The notes under the pieces are model-generated. The model was given only the letters and a program-made list of their open reading frames with translations, searched no databases and was not told the origin of the DNA. The position numbers and the translations under genes were made by a program. Source: an uncultured Pseudomonadota bacterium (GTDB lineage Bacteria; Pseudomonadota; Gammaproteobacteria; Steroidobacterales; Steroidobacteraceae). Taken from it: a stretch of DNA of 64,000 nt. The stretch covers positions 577,543 through 641,542 of the forward strand of contig CAVQJH010000015.1 of NCBI GenBank assembly GCA_963712795.1, in the 5' to 3' direction. Positions 26,994 through 36,693 of the stretch are shown in pieces. The first letter of the stretch is position 1; each line of letters begins with the position of its first letter.

Positions 26994-27566
26994 ATGGCCG
27001 GTTTGATCATCTTCCTCTTGCTCGTGGTCCTGCTGATCGGGTACACCGTCACGATCTACAACGGCCTCGTGCGCACGCGCAACGAGGTCAAGCTCTCATG
27101 GTCCAACATCGACGTGCTGCTGGTTCAGCGGCATGACGAGTTGCCGAAGCTCATCGAGGTCTGCAAACGCTACATGCAGCACGAGCGGGAGACGCTCGAG
27201 CGCGTGACGCAGGCAAGGTCGCAGGTCGATGCGGCACGCCACACCGGGGATGTCGCCTCGGTGAGCATGGCGGAAGGCGCTCTGCGCAGCGGTCTCGCCA
27301 ATCTCTACGCCGTCGCCGAGCGTTATCCCGAGCTCAAGGCCGATACCATGTTCCGCAACCTCGCCGCGCGCATCAGCGCGCTCGAGACCGCGATCACCGA
27401 CCGCCGGGAGATCTACAACGATGCGGCGAACGCGCAGAATGTCCGCATCGAGACATTCCCCGATGCGATCATCGCGGGCATGTTCGATTTCTCGCCCGCG
27501 CGCCTGCTGAAGTTCGACGCCTCGCAGACGGCGGACGTCGATGTAGGTCTGGCATTCGGCAAGTGA
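26994..27566 (+). CDS. lemA: LemA-family membrane protein
   Basis: N-terminal TM (LIIFLLLVVLLIGYTVTIYNGLV). Conserved LemA core (…NIDVLLVQRHDELPKLIEVCKRYMQHERETLERVTQAR…YPELKADTMFRNL…). Confidence 0.85.
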   Translation: MAGLIIFLLLVVLLIGYTVTIYNGLVRTRNEVKLSWSNIDVLLVQRHDELPKLIEVCKRYMQHERETLERVTQARSQVDAARHTGDVASVSMAEGALRSGLANLYAVAERYPELKADTMFRNLAARISALETAITDRREIYNDAANAQNVRIETFPDAIIAGMFDFSPARLLKFDASQTADVDVGLAFGK

Positions 27567-28459
27567 TCCCGCAGGGAATCATCCCGGGCTTCCTGGCTCT
27601 CGCCGTCCTGCTGGCGGCCGGCACGGCCTACGCCGTCTACCGTTTCTTCGTCAGCGTGCGGCGCGACCGCTTCGCCGCCGATACCCCGGTTGCACACATC
27701 CGCTCGGCCGCCCAGGGTTACGTGCACCTCGAGGGCGAGGCGGGACCGCCTCCCGAAGGGGCCATCGCGGCTCCCTTGAGTGGTTTGCCGTGTGTGTGGT
27801 GGGACTACAAGATCGAGTACCACACCCCGTGCGGCAACGACCGCAAGGAGTGGCGGATCATCGACCGCGCCACCAGCGTCACGCCGTTTTCCCTCCGCGA
27901 TCACGACGCCGAGTGTCTGGTGGGTCCCGTTGGCGCCGACGTGACGCCGACAGCACATGAAACCTGGTACGGCGATAGGCAGCGGCCCGGCTTACTGCCC
28001 GACGCCGGAGGGCGCGGATGGAGCCCCGATCGCGACTACCGCTATACGGAGCAGCTGATTATCCCGGGTGCGCATCTGACCGTGCTGGGCGAGCTGCGCT
28101 CACGCTCGACCGTCGAGTCGATCGAGCAAGCCGTGGGCAAGATCGTCGTGGAGTGGAAGCACGATCAGGCCGGACTGCTGGCAAGGTTCGACCGCAACCA
28201 TGACGGCCAGCTCGACGCCGACGAATGGGAGGCGGTCCGCGCCGCCGCCCGAGAGCAAGTGGAGGCGGGCCTTGCTTGCAAGGATCAGCGGGTGAGTGTC
28301 GTCGGACAGACTACTCACGGGGAGCCGTTTCTCATCGCGCCGCTCGATGGCAAGCGTCTCGTGAAGCGCGAGAAGCAGCACGCCGTATGGGCGCTGGCAG
28401 CGAGTGTGGCGTTGGCGCTGCTCACGGCATGGGCGGCGCAGAAAGCGCTCCTGCACTGA
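27563..28459 (+). CDS. membrane protein, probable GIDE-domain (E3-ligase-like) LemA partner; contains EF-hand-like Ca-binding loop
   Basis: 4-nt overlap with lemA. N-terminal TM; central Cys/Trp-rich region (LPCVWWDYKIEYHTPCGNDRKEWRI). DRNHDGQLDADEWEAVRAAA matches the DxDxDG EF-hand loop. C-terminal TM. Confidence 0.55.
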   Translation: MIPQGIIPGFLALAVLLAAGTAYAVYRFFVSVRRDRFAADTPVAHIRSAAQGYVHLEGEAGPPPEGAIAAPLSGLPCVWWDYKIEYHTPCGNDRKEWRIIDRATSVTPFSLRDHDAECLVGPVGADVTPTAHETWYGDRQRPGLLPDAGGRGWSPDRDYRYTEQLIIPGAHLTVLGELRSRSTVESIEQAVGKIVVEWKHDQAGLLARFDRNHDGQLDADEWEAVRAAAREQVEAGLACKDQRVSVVGQTTHGEPFLIAPLDGKRLVKREKQHAVWALAASVALALLTAWAAQKALLH

Positions 28460-28510
28460 CGGATGATCGTGTCAGCTGTCTTCGGGGCAGGATTCAGGCA
28501 CCCTTGCCGC

Positions 28511-28858
28511 ATGAGGATCCGCACGAGCCTGCTCGTTTCGCTCGCAATGGCGCTGCCGCTCGCCGGCTGCGAGATGCTCGACCGCACGCCGCCCGAGCAA
28601 CATCCATCCGTAATTGCCGCGAGATACGTCGGGAAGCCCTTGCTCGACCTCGAGATGCGCTGGAGCGCGCCCTCGGACCTCGGCACCGCGGGCGACGGGC
28701 AGAAGGCGACCTGGAAGTTCGATCAGTTCAACCTTGCAGGCTGCAGCGTGACGGTCCACGCCGACGGCCGCGGCATCATTAGACGGGTGAACTGGACGCG
28801 GGGCTGCGGTCCCAAGGGAACTGGAACCGAAGCGCCGGCGGGATACGAGTCTCCCTGA
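28511..28858 (+). CDS. hypothetical lipoprotein
   Basis: MRIRTSLLVSLAMALPLAGC… gives a lipobox (LAGC). ~115-aa mature protein, no family recognised. Confidence 0.45.
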   Translation: MRIRTSLLVSLAMALPLAGCEMLDRTPPEQHPSVIAARYVGKPLLDLEMRWSAPSDLGTAGDGQKATWKFDQFNLAGCSVTVHADGRGIIRRVNWTRGCGPKGTGTEAPAGYESP

Positions 28859-28961
28859 GCGACAACGTCGCGGAGGAGGACGGCACCGTCTCCAGTGCCA
28901 AGGCCGCCAGCGAGCTCGGCTGGCGGCCAGACTTCCGCATCGGCGGCGTGTAGCCGGCCGT

Positions 28962-29621
28962 TTACTTCGGCTGCGGCGTCAGTCGCAGATACGGGCGCAG
29001 CGCCTTCCAGCCCGCCGGGAATTTCGACTTCGCCTCCGCATCGGGGATGGAGGTCGGAATGATGACGTCATCACCGCGCTTCCAATTGACCGGCGTCGCC
29101 ACGCTGTGCTTCGCAGTCAGCTGCAGGGCATCCAGCGCACGCAACACCTCGTCGAAATTGCGGCCGACGCTCATCGGATAGGTGAGGATGAGCTTGATCT
29201 TCTTGTCGGGACCGACGATGAACACCGAGCGCACGGTGGCATTGTCGGCCGGCGTCCGCCCCTTGGCCTCGCCGGCGGCCTCGGCCGGCAGCATGTCATA
29301 CAGTTTCGCGACCTTGAGGTCGGTGTCGCCGATCATCGGGTAATAAACCGGCGCACCCTGGGTTTCCTCGATGTCCTTCGACCAGCGCTGATGATCCTCC
29401 ACCGGATCGACGCTCAGGCCGATGATCTTGGTATTGCGGGCCTCGAACTCCGGCTTCAGGCGCGCCATGTAGCCGAGCTCGGTGGTGCAGACCGGGGTGA
29501 AGTCCTTGGGATGCGAGAACAGGATCGCCCAGCCATCGCCGATCCACTGATGGAAGTCGATTCGTCCCTGTGTCGTCTCGGCCGTGAAGTTGGGAGCCTG
29601 ATCGTTGATTCGTAATGACAT
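28962..29621 (-). CDS. 1-Cys peroxiredoxin (Prx6-like)
   Basis: MSLRINDQAPNF…WAILFSHPKDFTPVCTTELG (peroxidatic Cys in the FTPVCTTE motif); …IIGLSVD…; ~219 aa. Confidence 0.85.
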   Translation of the reverse strand: MSLRINDQAPNFTAETTQGRIDFHQWIGDGWAILFSHPKDFTPVCTTELGYMARLKPEFEARNTKIIGLSVDPVEDHQRWSKDIEETQGAPVYYPMIGDTDLKVAKLYDMLPAEAAGEAKGRTPADNATVRSVFIVGPDKKIKLILTYPMSVGRNFDEVLRALDALQLTAKHSVATPVNWKRGDDVIIPTSIPDAEAKSKFPAGWKALRPYLRLTPQPK

Positions 29622-29802
29622 GGGAAACCTCCAGTGCGATGGGGGGCTATTCTAGTCCCGCCTCATGCACGTGCGAGCGCACGCGAGGAATGTGGGTATA
29701 GCGGGCGGCTATGACGGCGGCGGCGTGGCCGCGGCCTGAGGGAGAGGACAACAAGCAGGGGCGCTCCCCGAGCACGGGCGAGCGCCCCCAAAGTGCGCGA
29801 AA

Positions 29803-30177
29803 TCAGCTTCTGGCGTTGAACGAAGCGCACCAGCCGTCGGCGTTCACCGAGTAGCCGGCGAAGATCTGGCAGCCGCCGTAGCCGGAGCTCTGGCCCGCGG
29901 TGCCCTGGAAGAAGCGGCAGGCGCCGCAGCGCTCTCCGGCCTTGTAGGTCGGGAACTTCGACTGGTCGACGCTCTTGGCGCTCTCCTGGTAGCCGAGCGA
30001 CTTGGCGAGGGGGTCGCTGGCGGAGAGATGCGGCAGATTCTCGCCCGCGGCCCGGGCGGAGTGTGGCCTGAGGCCCACCAGCGCGGCCGAGGCCGCCACA
30101 GCGGCGCCGGCGAGGAAGGAGCGGCGCGAGGAATCCGGACGGTTCTTGGGCAGGGACACGGGTGAGCACCTCCGCAT
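29803..30177 (-). CDS. hip: high-potential iron-sulfur protein (HiPIP), Tat-secreted
   Basis: Tat signal SRRSFLAGAAVAASAA. Four cluster cysteines in CGACRFF…GGCQIF…GWCASF. Confidence 0.8.
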   Translation of the reverse strand: MRRCSPVSLPKNRPDSSRRSFLAGAAVAASAALVGLRPHSARAAGENLPHLSASDPLAKSLGYQESAKSVDQSKFPTYKAGERCGACRFFQGTAGQSSGYGGCQIFAGYSVNADGWCASFNARS

Positions 30178-30285
30178 TGATTTTTGTGGATACTCAGTAT
30201 CGGCGAAGCAGCCTCACCCTGGCAACTTTCGGCGCTGCTCCTTGGCCTTCAGCGGGTCCGAAGCTTGCTTGGCAGCGGCATACCT

Positions 30286-31125
30286 ATGGCCAACGTCATC
30301 GCTTCTGTCGATGCGCACGTACACCTGCACTCGTGCTACGACCCCGATGACCTGTTGCGCAACGCCTACGACAACCTGGCGGCGGCAAGTGACGGGGCCG
30401 ACGCCGCCGCGCCCAAAGCCTGCTTCCTGTTGCTGGCGGAATGCGCGCCGGATGATTGCTTCGGCGCCCTGAGCGCACTCGCGGACAGGCATTCGGCGGC
30501 GAACGGCGCATCGCGCTTGCGGCTGCGGCGCTGGGCTGTGGCGCCCACAGAGGAAGTCATCAGCGTGATCGCCCGGGACGCGCAGCGGGAGCTCTTCATC
30601 GTCGCCGGCCGGCAGGTCGCCTGCCGCGAAGGCCTGGAGGTGCTCGTCCTCGGTACGCGGCACCGTTTCGCCGACGGACGCCCGATCCGCGACGTCCTGC
30701 GTGAGTCCGATGCCTTGGGAGTACCGCGCGTCATTCCGTGGGGACCGGGCAAATGGTTCTTCAGCCGCGGCCGGCTGCTGAGCTCCCTCATCGAGGAATT
30801 CCGCAAGCCGACGCTGTTCCTCGGGGACGAAGGCGGCCGGCCGGGCTTCTGGGGATACCCGCAGCACTTCGCGCATGCGGCGCGGCTGGGCGTGCGTGAC
30901 CTGCCAGGCACCGACCCCCTGCCGTTCGCCCACGACGTCGCCAAGGTGGGCCGCATGGGCTTCAAGGTCGCGGTCGATCTCGATCCGGCCCGTCCCGCCG
31001 CGAGCCTGCTGCGCGCGCTCACCCAGGCGGCGACGCCGCTCGAGCGGTTCGCCACCCTGGAGCCGCCGTTGCGCTTCGTGCGCAATCAGATCGGCATGCA
31101 GCTGCGCAAGCGGCTGCGTGCGTGA
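30286..31125 (+). CDS. hypothetical metal-dependent hydrolase (amidohydrolase/TIM-barrel-like)
   Basis: Starts MANVIASVDAHVHLHSCYD, an HxH metal-binding start typical of the amidohydrolase superfamily. 279 aa. Weak family evidence. Confidence 0.4.
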   Translation: MANVIASVDAHVHLHSCYDPDDLLRNAYDNLAAASDGADAAAPKACFLLLAECAPDDCFGALSALADRHSAANGASRLRLRRWAVAPTEEVISVIARDAQRELFIVAGRQVACREGLEVLVLGTRHRFADGRPIRDVLRESDALGVPRVIPWGPGKWFFSRGRLLSSLIEEFRKPTLFLGDEGGRPGFWGYPQHFAHAARLGVRDLPGTDPLPFAHDVAKVGRMGFKVAVDLDPARPAASLLRALTQAATPLERFATLEPPLRFVRNQIGMQLRKRLRA

Positions 31126-31137
31126 CGGGCAGCCCGC

Positions 31138-31431
31138 ATGTGCGGCATCGCCGGAGTGGCCACCCGCGGGAGCACGCCGCCGCGCGAGCTGATCGGCGCC
31201 ATGTGCGATGTGATGCGCCATCGCGGCCCGGACGGGGACGGGGTGCACGTCGAGGCGGGCATCGGCCTCGGCATGCGCCGCCTCGCCGTGTTGGATCTCG
31301 TCACCGGGGATCAGCCGGTCACGAACGAGACTGCAACCGTGCATGCGGTCTTCAACGGCGAGATCTACAACTACCGGGAGCGGTTCAAGGCGCAGATCGA
31401 GCTGCCGGGAGTCAAATCCCATGCTGCGTAA
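31138..31431 (+). pseudogene. asparagine synthetase (glutamine-hydrolysing) N-terminal fragment; only ~97 aa of the class-II GATase domain
   Basis: MCGIAGV…RHRGPDGDGVH…GLGMRRLAVLDL…GDQPV…AVFNGEIYNYRE are canonical AsnB N-terminal motifs. Stop after 97 aa; no synthetase domain follows. Confidence 0.6.
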
Positions 31432-33082
31432 CATCACGCGGCTCGCCGCGACAAACTATGACCTGATCGTCGTCGGGGGCGGCATCTATGGCGCCTGCGC
31501 GGCCTGGGAGGGCGCGCTGCGGGGCCTGCGAACGGCGTTGATAGAGGCCGGGGACTTCGGCGGCGCAACCTCGGGCAACAGCCTCCGCACCCTGCACGGC
31601 GGCCTGCGCCACCTGCAGCGCCTCGACTTCGCGCGCATGCGCGAGTCCATTCGCGAGCGGCGGGAGTGGCTGCGCCTGGCGCCGCATCTCGCCCGGCCGC
31701 TGCGCTTCATTCTGCCGACACACGGCCACGGCCTGCGCGGGCCGCTGGTCATGCGCAGCGCGCTCTGGATCAACGACCTCCTCAGCACCGACCGCAATCG
31801 TGGCGTCCGGGCGGACCGCCGGCTGCCGCCCGCAGCCTTCCTGGGCGAGGCCGCGACCCGCGCGGCGCTTCCGGGCGTCGAGCTGGAAGGCTGTAATGGC
31901 GCCGCGGCATGGCACGACGCGGTCTGTCTGGACACCGAGCGGTTGCTGCTCTCGGTCATCACCGCAGCGTCGGACGCCGGAGCTCACGTTGCGAACTACG
32001 TGCGCGCAACAGGTCTCCTGGCTCACCGGTCCCGAATCCGGGGCGTACACGCCCGGGACGAACTGTCCGGCCGAGAGATGGAGCTGCGGGCGCGATTCGT
32101 CATCAACGCCGCGGGACCCTGGGTGGAGGACTGGCTGCCCGCCGGAGCGGGCCGGCCCGAGGCGCCGATGTTCCGCGCCTCCCGGGCTTTCAACCTGCTG
32201 ACTCGGGCGCTCCCTTTCACCGATGCCGTCGGACTCACGGTGCGCGCCCACGGGATGAGCGAGACCACTTATTTCATACTGCCGTGGAATGGCTACTCGC
32301 TCATCGGAACGCGGCACTTGCGCTGCGATCCTGCCACTCGCTCGGCCGACGTCATGCGCGAAGAAGTGCTCGGGTTCGTGCGCGATCTCAACACGGTTCT
32401 CGGCCGCCACCGGCTGACGGCGGCCGACGTCCGCGGCGTCTTCGCAGGTCTGCTGCCCGAGGCGCAGGACAACACGGGTACCGAGGTCGTGCTCGAGCGC
32501 GATCCGCAGGTGATCGACCACGAGCCGGTGGGACTGCGGGGGCTCGTGTCCGTCGTCGGAGTCAAATGGACCACCGCGCCGGCAGTTGCTGCGCGGGCCG
32601 TGAAGGTCGTATGCCGCCAGCTCGGAGCCACCGAGGAGCTCGCCTCGCGGCCCCGCAAGCTCGCTCCCATGGCGAGCGCCATCGTCGCGGGCCCAGTGGG
32701 CGTACCGCCGCTCGACGCCGCCGCCCGCGCGCACCTCGAGCTGTGTTATGGCGCAGCGCATCGGCACCTTCTCGCCCTGATGGCCGCCGAGCCGGCGCTC
32801 GCCGCACGTGTCGTGGCGGACCTGCCGGTGGTCCTCGCGCAAGTCGCGTATGCGGCACGCTCGGAGATGGCGGTACGTCTCGCGGACGTGGTGATGCGTC
32901 GCACGCCGCTCTACCTCAGCGCCGCGCTCGAGCGGCCAGCGCTCACCGCCTGTGCCGCCGCACTCGCACGCGAGCTGCGCTGGAGCAGCAAGGAAACCGG
33001 CGCCCAGGTGGATGAGGCCACCCGCCAGCTGGCGGCGTTTCGCGGGCCCGTGACATGCGACCTCGAGCCCGCCGCAGCATGA
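31421..33082 (+). CDS. FAD-dependent oxidoreductase (glycerol-3-phosphate dehydrogenase/DAO-like)
   Basis: Start MLRNITR. Dinucleotide motif YDLIVVGGGIYGACAAWEGALRGLRTALIEAGDFGGATSGNS…LHGGLR. ~553 aa. Confidence 0.75.
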   Translation: MLRNITRLAATNYDLIVVGGGIYGACAAWEGALRGLRTALIEAGDFGGATSGNSLRTLHGGLRHLQRLDFARMRESIRERREWLRLAPHLARPLRFILPTHGHGLRGPLVMRSALWINDLLSTDRNRGVRADRRLPPAAFLGEAATRAALPGVELEGCNGAAAWHDAVCLDTERLLLSVITAASDAGAHVANYVRATGLLAHRSRIRGVHARDELSGREMELRARFVINAAGPWVEDWLPAGAGRPEAPMFRASRAFNLLTRALPFTDAVGLTVRAHGMSETTYFILPWNGYSLIGTRHLRCDPATRSADVMREEVLGFVRDLNTVLGRHRLTAADVRGVFAGLLPEAQDNTGTEVVLERDPQVIDHEPVGLRGLVSVVGVKWTTAPAVAARAVKVVCRQLGATEELASRPRKLAPMASAIVAGPVGVPPLDAAARAHLELCYGAAHRHLLALMAAEPALAARVVADLPVVLAQVAYAARSEMAVRLADVVMRRTPLYLSAALERPALTACAAALARELRWSSKETGAQVDEATRQLAAFRGPVTCDLEPAAA

Positions 33083-33237
33083 CTCGGAGATGACATGATG
33101 AGCACGAGCGGCACCCCGTGGCAGCTGCAGATGTATGCGAAGTCGCTGAAGAAGCGGCAGAAGGTGGAGCTGCTGATACAGGTCTATCCGCAACCCAAGA
33201 CCGAGCTTGCGCAAGGCGCGCGGACGGTCCTGCTGAA

Positions 33238-34107
33238 CTAGTGCCCCGGCTTCACCGCGGTGACCGACAGCTTGTAGGCCAGGGCCTTGGCGAGATGCTC
33301 CGGCAGGCAGTTGTAGGCCGGCCGGAAGAGTCGCCGATACAGGGCCGCCTTCAATCCGCGGCGCGCAACCGGCAGCGCGCGATAGTGGTCGTGCACGGCC
33401 TCGATGACCTCGAATCCTTCGAAGAGGCGGAGGATCTCGCGGTCGCTATAGAAGTCGGTGACTGGGGGATCCTGCTCCTGGAACTCGATGTTCTCCCTGC
33501 CGAGGCGCGACAGCAGGTGCATCCACGATCCGCGGCGGTAGAAATGACTGATGATGGCGCGCCCGCCGGGCCTGAGGACGCGCCGGATCTCTTGCAGCGC
33601 CAGCCGGGTGTTGCCCGTGTGGTGCAGTACCCCGTTTGCCCACACGGCATCGAAGCTTTCATCCGGGAACGACAGCGCAAGAACATTCTCGATGCGAACG
33701 TCCTCGGCGGCTGCCTTCTCGAGCTGGAAATGACGGCGTGTCAGGGCGACTGCCTGCGGCGTGAGATCGGTGGCGGTCACGCGCACGCCGCGCTTGAGGA
33801 ACTCGAGGCTGTCATACCCCAGGCCGCAGCCGATCTCGAGCAGATGCCGATCCGTCAGCAGCGCGGCCTCCCGTTGGATCCGCTGCATGATCCAGGGGAA
33901 CTTGAAGGGGTTCATCCAGGGCCGGACGTGCTCGTAGAACGGCCGCGTGCCCGGGTAGATCGCCGAGACGCCCACGTACTGCAGTCCCAGAGTGTGCAGG
34001 TTCCAGTAGTCCTTGACCGCCGTTGCGGCTGCTTGTTGATTCACCGGCTTCTCTCCGGTTTCCCAGTTTTCGGAGCTGTGTTGCCGAAGCCTCAAAGCAA
34101 AGTTCAT
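33238..34107 (-). CDS. class I SAM-dependent methyltransferase (Methyltransf_11-like)
   Basis: LEIGCGLGYDSLEFLKRGVRVTATDL…FDAVWANGVLHHT…LRPGGRAII. Start chosen at MNFALRL (34107), overlapping the upstream gene stop by 4 nt. Confidence 0.75.
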   Translation of the reverse strand: MNFALRLRQHSSENWETGEKPVNQQAAATAVKDYWNLHTLGLQYVGVSAIYPGTRPFYEHVRPWMNPFKFPWIMQRIQREAALLTDRHLLEIGCGLGYDSLEFLKRGVRVTATDLTPQAVALTRRHFQLEKAAAEDVRIENVLALSFPDESFDAVWANGVLHHTGNTRLALQEIRRVLRPGGRAIISHFYRRGSWMHLLSRLGRENIEFQEQDPPVTDFYSDREILRLFEGFEVIEAVHDHYRALPVARRGLKAALYRRLFRPAYNCLPEHLAKALAYKLSVTAVKPGH

Positions 34108-35369
34108 GCCTGCTTCAGGGCGCGCAGCTGCCGCGCCTCGCTGTCGCGTTGCTGTCTGAGAAAGGGCAATGCCAGCCAAGCGGTGAGGACGCAGCGGATC
34201 AGCCAGCCGGCCGCGATGCCGTAGATCACCCCGACCAGGCCGAACGGCGCGGTCAGAAAGGCTCCGGCGACACTGATGCCGATGCAGCCCCAGCATACGA
34301 TGCTCAGGATTCGCAGGCGGCGCGCATCACCACAGGAGACCACGACGGCGGTGGCGAAGCCGCTCAGCACCTTGAGGAATCCCGAGACGAGGGTGGCGGC
34401 GATCAATGCGTGCGACAGATCGTAGCGGCCCGCGGTCATCCAGCGGGCGACCGGCGAGGCGAGCACCCAGATGGCCACCGAGCCCGCCGCGACGGTGACG
34501 AACACGAGGGCGGCCTCCTGCGCGATCTTTGCCCGTCTGGCGCGGCCTCCCGCCGCGACCCGCAGGGTCGGAATGAGCGTGAATTGCACCGCGGACTGCA
34601 GCAGGCGAAACGGCGAGCTCACGAGCGCCGCGAGCACGCTGTAGACGGCCAGGTCGTGCAGCCCCACGATCGGGGCGAGGAGCAGCCGCTCGAGCTGCAT
34701 GAATGCCGCGCCGCTGCTCTGCACTGTCAGGAGCGACAACGCCTCCCAACGCACTCCCCACGGTCTCGGCTGCGGATCGCTCACGCCTTCGCGCCTACGG
34801 ACCAGCCACCACACGGCGGCCGCGGCGAGGATTGCCACCGCGGCAACGAGCAGGCAGACCGTACCCGCCGTGGGCAGGTCGATCCCCAGATCGAGGACTG
34901 CCACCAGAGCGAGCGCACCGTTGAGCAGCTGCACGACCCAGACCGCGGTGCCCAGATGCTGCCGGCCCTGGAAGTGCCCGCCGGCCGACTGCGCGACCCC
35001 CAGGGCGAGCGTGATCAGTACCACGCTCGCCACCAGCGAGGTCGAGAGGTGATAGACGAGAGCCGCAACCGCCGCCGCGCCCGCAGCCGTCAGCGCGCTG
35101 GCGCCCAGGGCCGCGCGCCGCCAGCCGGCGTCGAGCCTGATGCCGCGGCGGGCGGCTACCTGGTCGAGACCGAGGGGCGCGGTGAGGCCCGCAACCGCGA
35201 CGATGCCGAGCACGAGCGACACGAGCCCGTACTCCTCGGTCGGCATGAGTCGGGCGAGGAGCAGGCTGCCGAGACTGAAGCCGACGCCCCCGATTCCCAT
35301 CACCGCCGCGGTGCGCAGCGATGCGGAGCGATATAGAGCCTGCAGCATCAGGAGCAAATGTAGTCCCAC
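34104..35369 (-). CDS. polysaccharide biosynthesis/oligosaccharide flippase (Wzx/MOP-superfamily-like) membrane protein
   Basis: 421 aa with ~12 predicted TM helices. Sits with a methyltransferase and a glycosyltransferase. Confidence 0.65.
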   Translation of the reverse strand: MGLHLLLMLQALYRSASLRTAAVMGIGGVGFSLGSLLLARLMPTEEYGLVSLVLGIVAVAGLTAPLGLDQVAARRGIRLDAGWRRAALGASALTAAGAAAVAALVYHLSTSLVASVVLITLALGVAQSAGGHFQGRQHLGTAVWVVQLLNGALALVAVLDLGIDLPTAGTVCLLVAAVAILAAAAVWWLVRRREGVSDPQPRPWGVRWEALSLLTVQSSGAAFMQLERLLLAPIVGLHDLAVYSVLAALVSSPFRLLQSAVQFTLIPTLRVAAGGRARRAKIAQEAALVFVTVAAGSVAIWVLASPVARWMTAGRYDLSHALIAATLVSGFLKVLSGFATAVVVSCGDARRLRILSIVCWGCIGISVAGAFLTAPFGLVGVIYGIAAGWLIRCVLTAWLALPFLRQQRDSEARQLRALKQA

Positions 35370-35898
35370 CCGGGATGGTTCCCGAGTTGACGCACCAGCT
35401 GCGGGCCGGCCCTCACCGGCACCGCCTGCGGCTCAGGCAAACCTGATGCTGTACCTTCAAGCAGACTGCCGCGCTGAACATCGCGCCCAACGCGAAGCAG
35501 GGCGGTGTCTGGATGGGGGGCGGCACCTGCCGTGGACGCCGCGGGTAATCTCTATGTCCTGACTGGAAACGCCGGTTTCAACGCGCCGGCCGCGGACCCG
35601 CCGAACGACGACTACGGCGACTGCCAATGAAGCGCTCGGGCAGCGCATAGTCGCCGCGAAACCGCCGCAGCTCCTCCGGATCCGTATCCGGCGTGAAGCG
35701 CGGGCCCACACCGGCGTGGGTCACCCAAGGCCCAGACAGCGGTTAACGCTGTCAAGCTTGAGGTCATGCCCGGACGCCGATCGCCGGCGCCTTGGGAATG
35801 CTTCCTGCTAAGCCTAGGAACGTGTCCGCGCCGCAGCCAGCTGGCGGGTATGAGGCGCCGCGCGGGCTGGCGGGCTACCACACGGTGACAATGAAGTC

Positions 35899-36645
35899 AT
35901 GCGCATTCTGAAGATCGTCCCGGAGGCCTTCTACACTGCGCGGGGTACGCCGCTCAGCGCCTACCACCGTGCCCGCGAGCTGCTCCTGCGGGGCCACGAG
36001 GTCGACATCCTGACCTACGGCATCGGCGAGCCGCCGCCGCGCCTGAGCGCACGCGTTTTCCGGACCCGCGGGCCGCACTTCTGCCGCTCGGTGCGCGCCG
36101 GGCTCTCGGCGCCCAAGATCTGGCTCGACGTGCTCCTCTTCGCGAGCCTCAGCTGGCGGCTCTGCCGCGAGCGTTACGACGCCCTCTACGCTCATGAGGA
36201 GGCGGCGCTGCTCGCGCGGATTGCGGGAGCGTTGTTTCGCATCCCGTACGTCTACGATATGCATTCCAGCTTGGTGTTGCAGATCACCGAGCGTGAGTTC
36301 AGCAACCGTCGGGTGGTGGCGTTCCTGCGCTGGATCGAGCGTGTCTGCGTGAGCGGTGCCTGCGCGATTGTAGCCGTCTCGCCCGCCGTGGCGCGCGCGG
36401 CACGGCGCGCGTGGCCGGACGCACTTTGTATCGTGCTCCCGGACTGCTTCGAGGCCGAGGACCAGGAGAAGTCCATCGTCCAGTCTGGCTCCGTCACTGC
36501 GCTGCAGGCACGGCTGCGCAACAAGTCCAGCCGCGATGCCGCCTATGAGGAGATCGCCTCAGCGATCCAGACAGCGAGCGAGCTGCAGCAGAGGCCCACC
36601 ATGGGGTTGTTCTCTTCACACCATACGAGCAGCCATCGGCACTGA
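35899..36645 (+). CDS. glycosyltransferase family 4 (GT-B) N-terminal domain only; truncated (248 aa)
   Basis: MRILKIVPEAFYTARGTPLSAYHRARELLLRGHEVDILTY… is a typical GT4 N-domain. No C-terminal EX7E domain in any frame before the next gene. Confidence 0.55.
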   Translation: MRILKIVPEAFYTARGTPLSAYHRARELLLRGHEVDILTYGIGEPPPRLSARVFRTRGPHFCRSVRAGLSAPKIWLDVLLFASLSWRLCRERYDALYAHEEAALLARIAGALFRIPYVYDMHSSLVLQITEREFSNRRVVAFLRWIERVCVSGACAIVAVSPAVARAARRAWPDALCIVLPDCFEAEDQEKSIVQSGSVTALQARLRNKSSRDAAYEEIASAIQTASELQQRPTMGLFSSHHTSSHRH

Positions 36646-36693
36646 ATTTCACGTCCCCGTAGTCACCCAGGTAGTCTCCGTCCCCTCACATCG

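Noticed and set aside
30214-33214. 407-aa and 600-aa minus-strand ORFs (30214-31437, 31412-33214)
   Set aside because: Antisense to the hydrolase, asnB fragment and FAD-oxidoreductase, which carry recognisable motifs. The ORFs are arginine-rich with no family signal.
33118-35336. 368-aa and 437-aa plus-strand ORFs
   Set aside because: Antisense to the SAM methyltransferase and Wzx-like flippase genes. Low-complexity R/G/A/D/E-rich translations.
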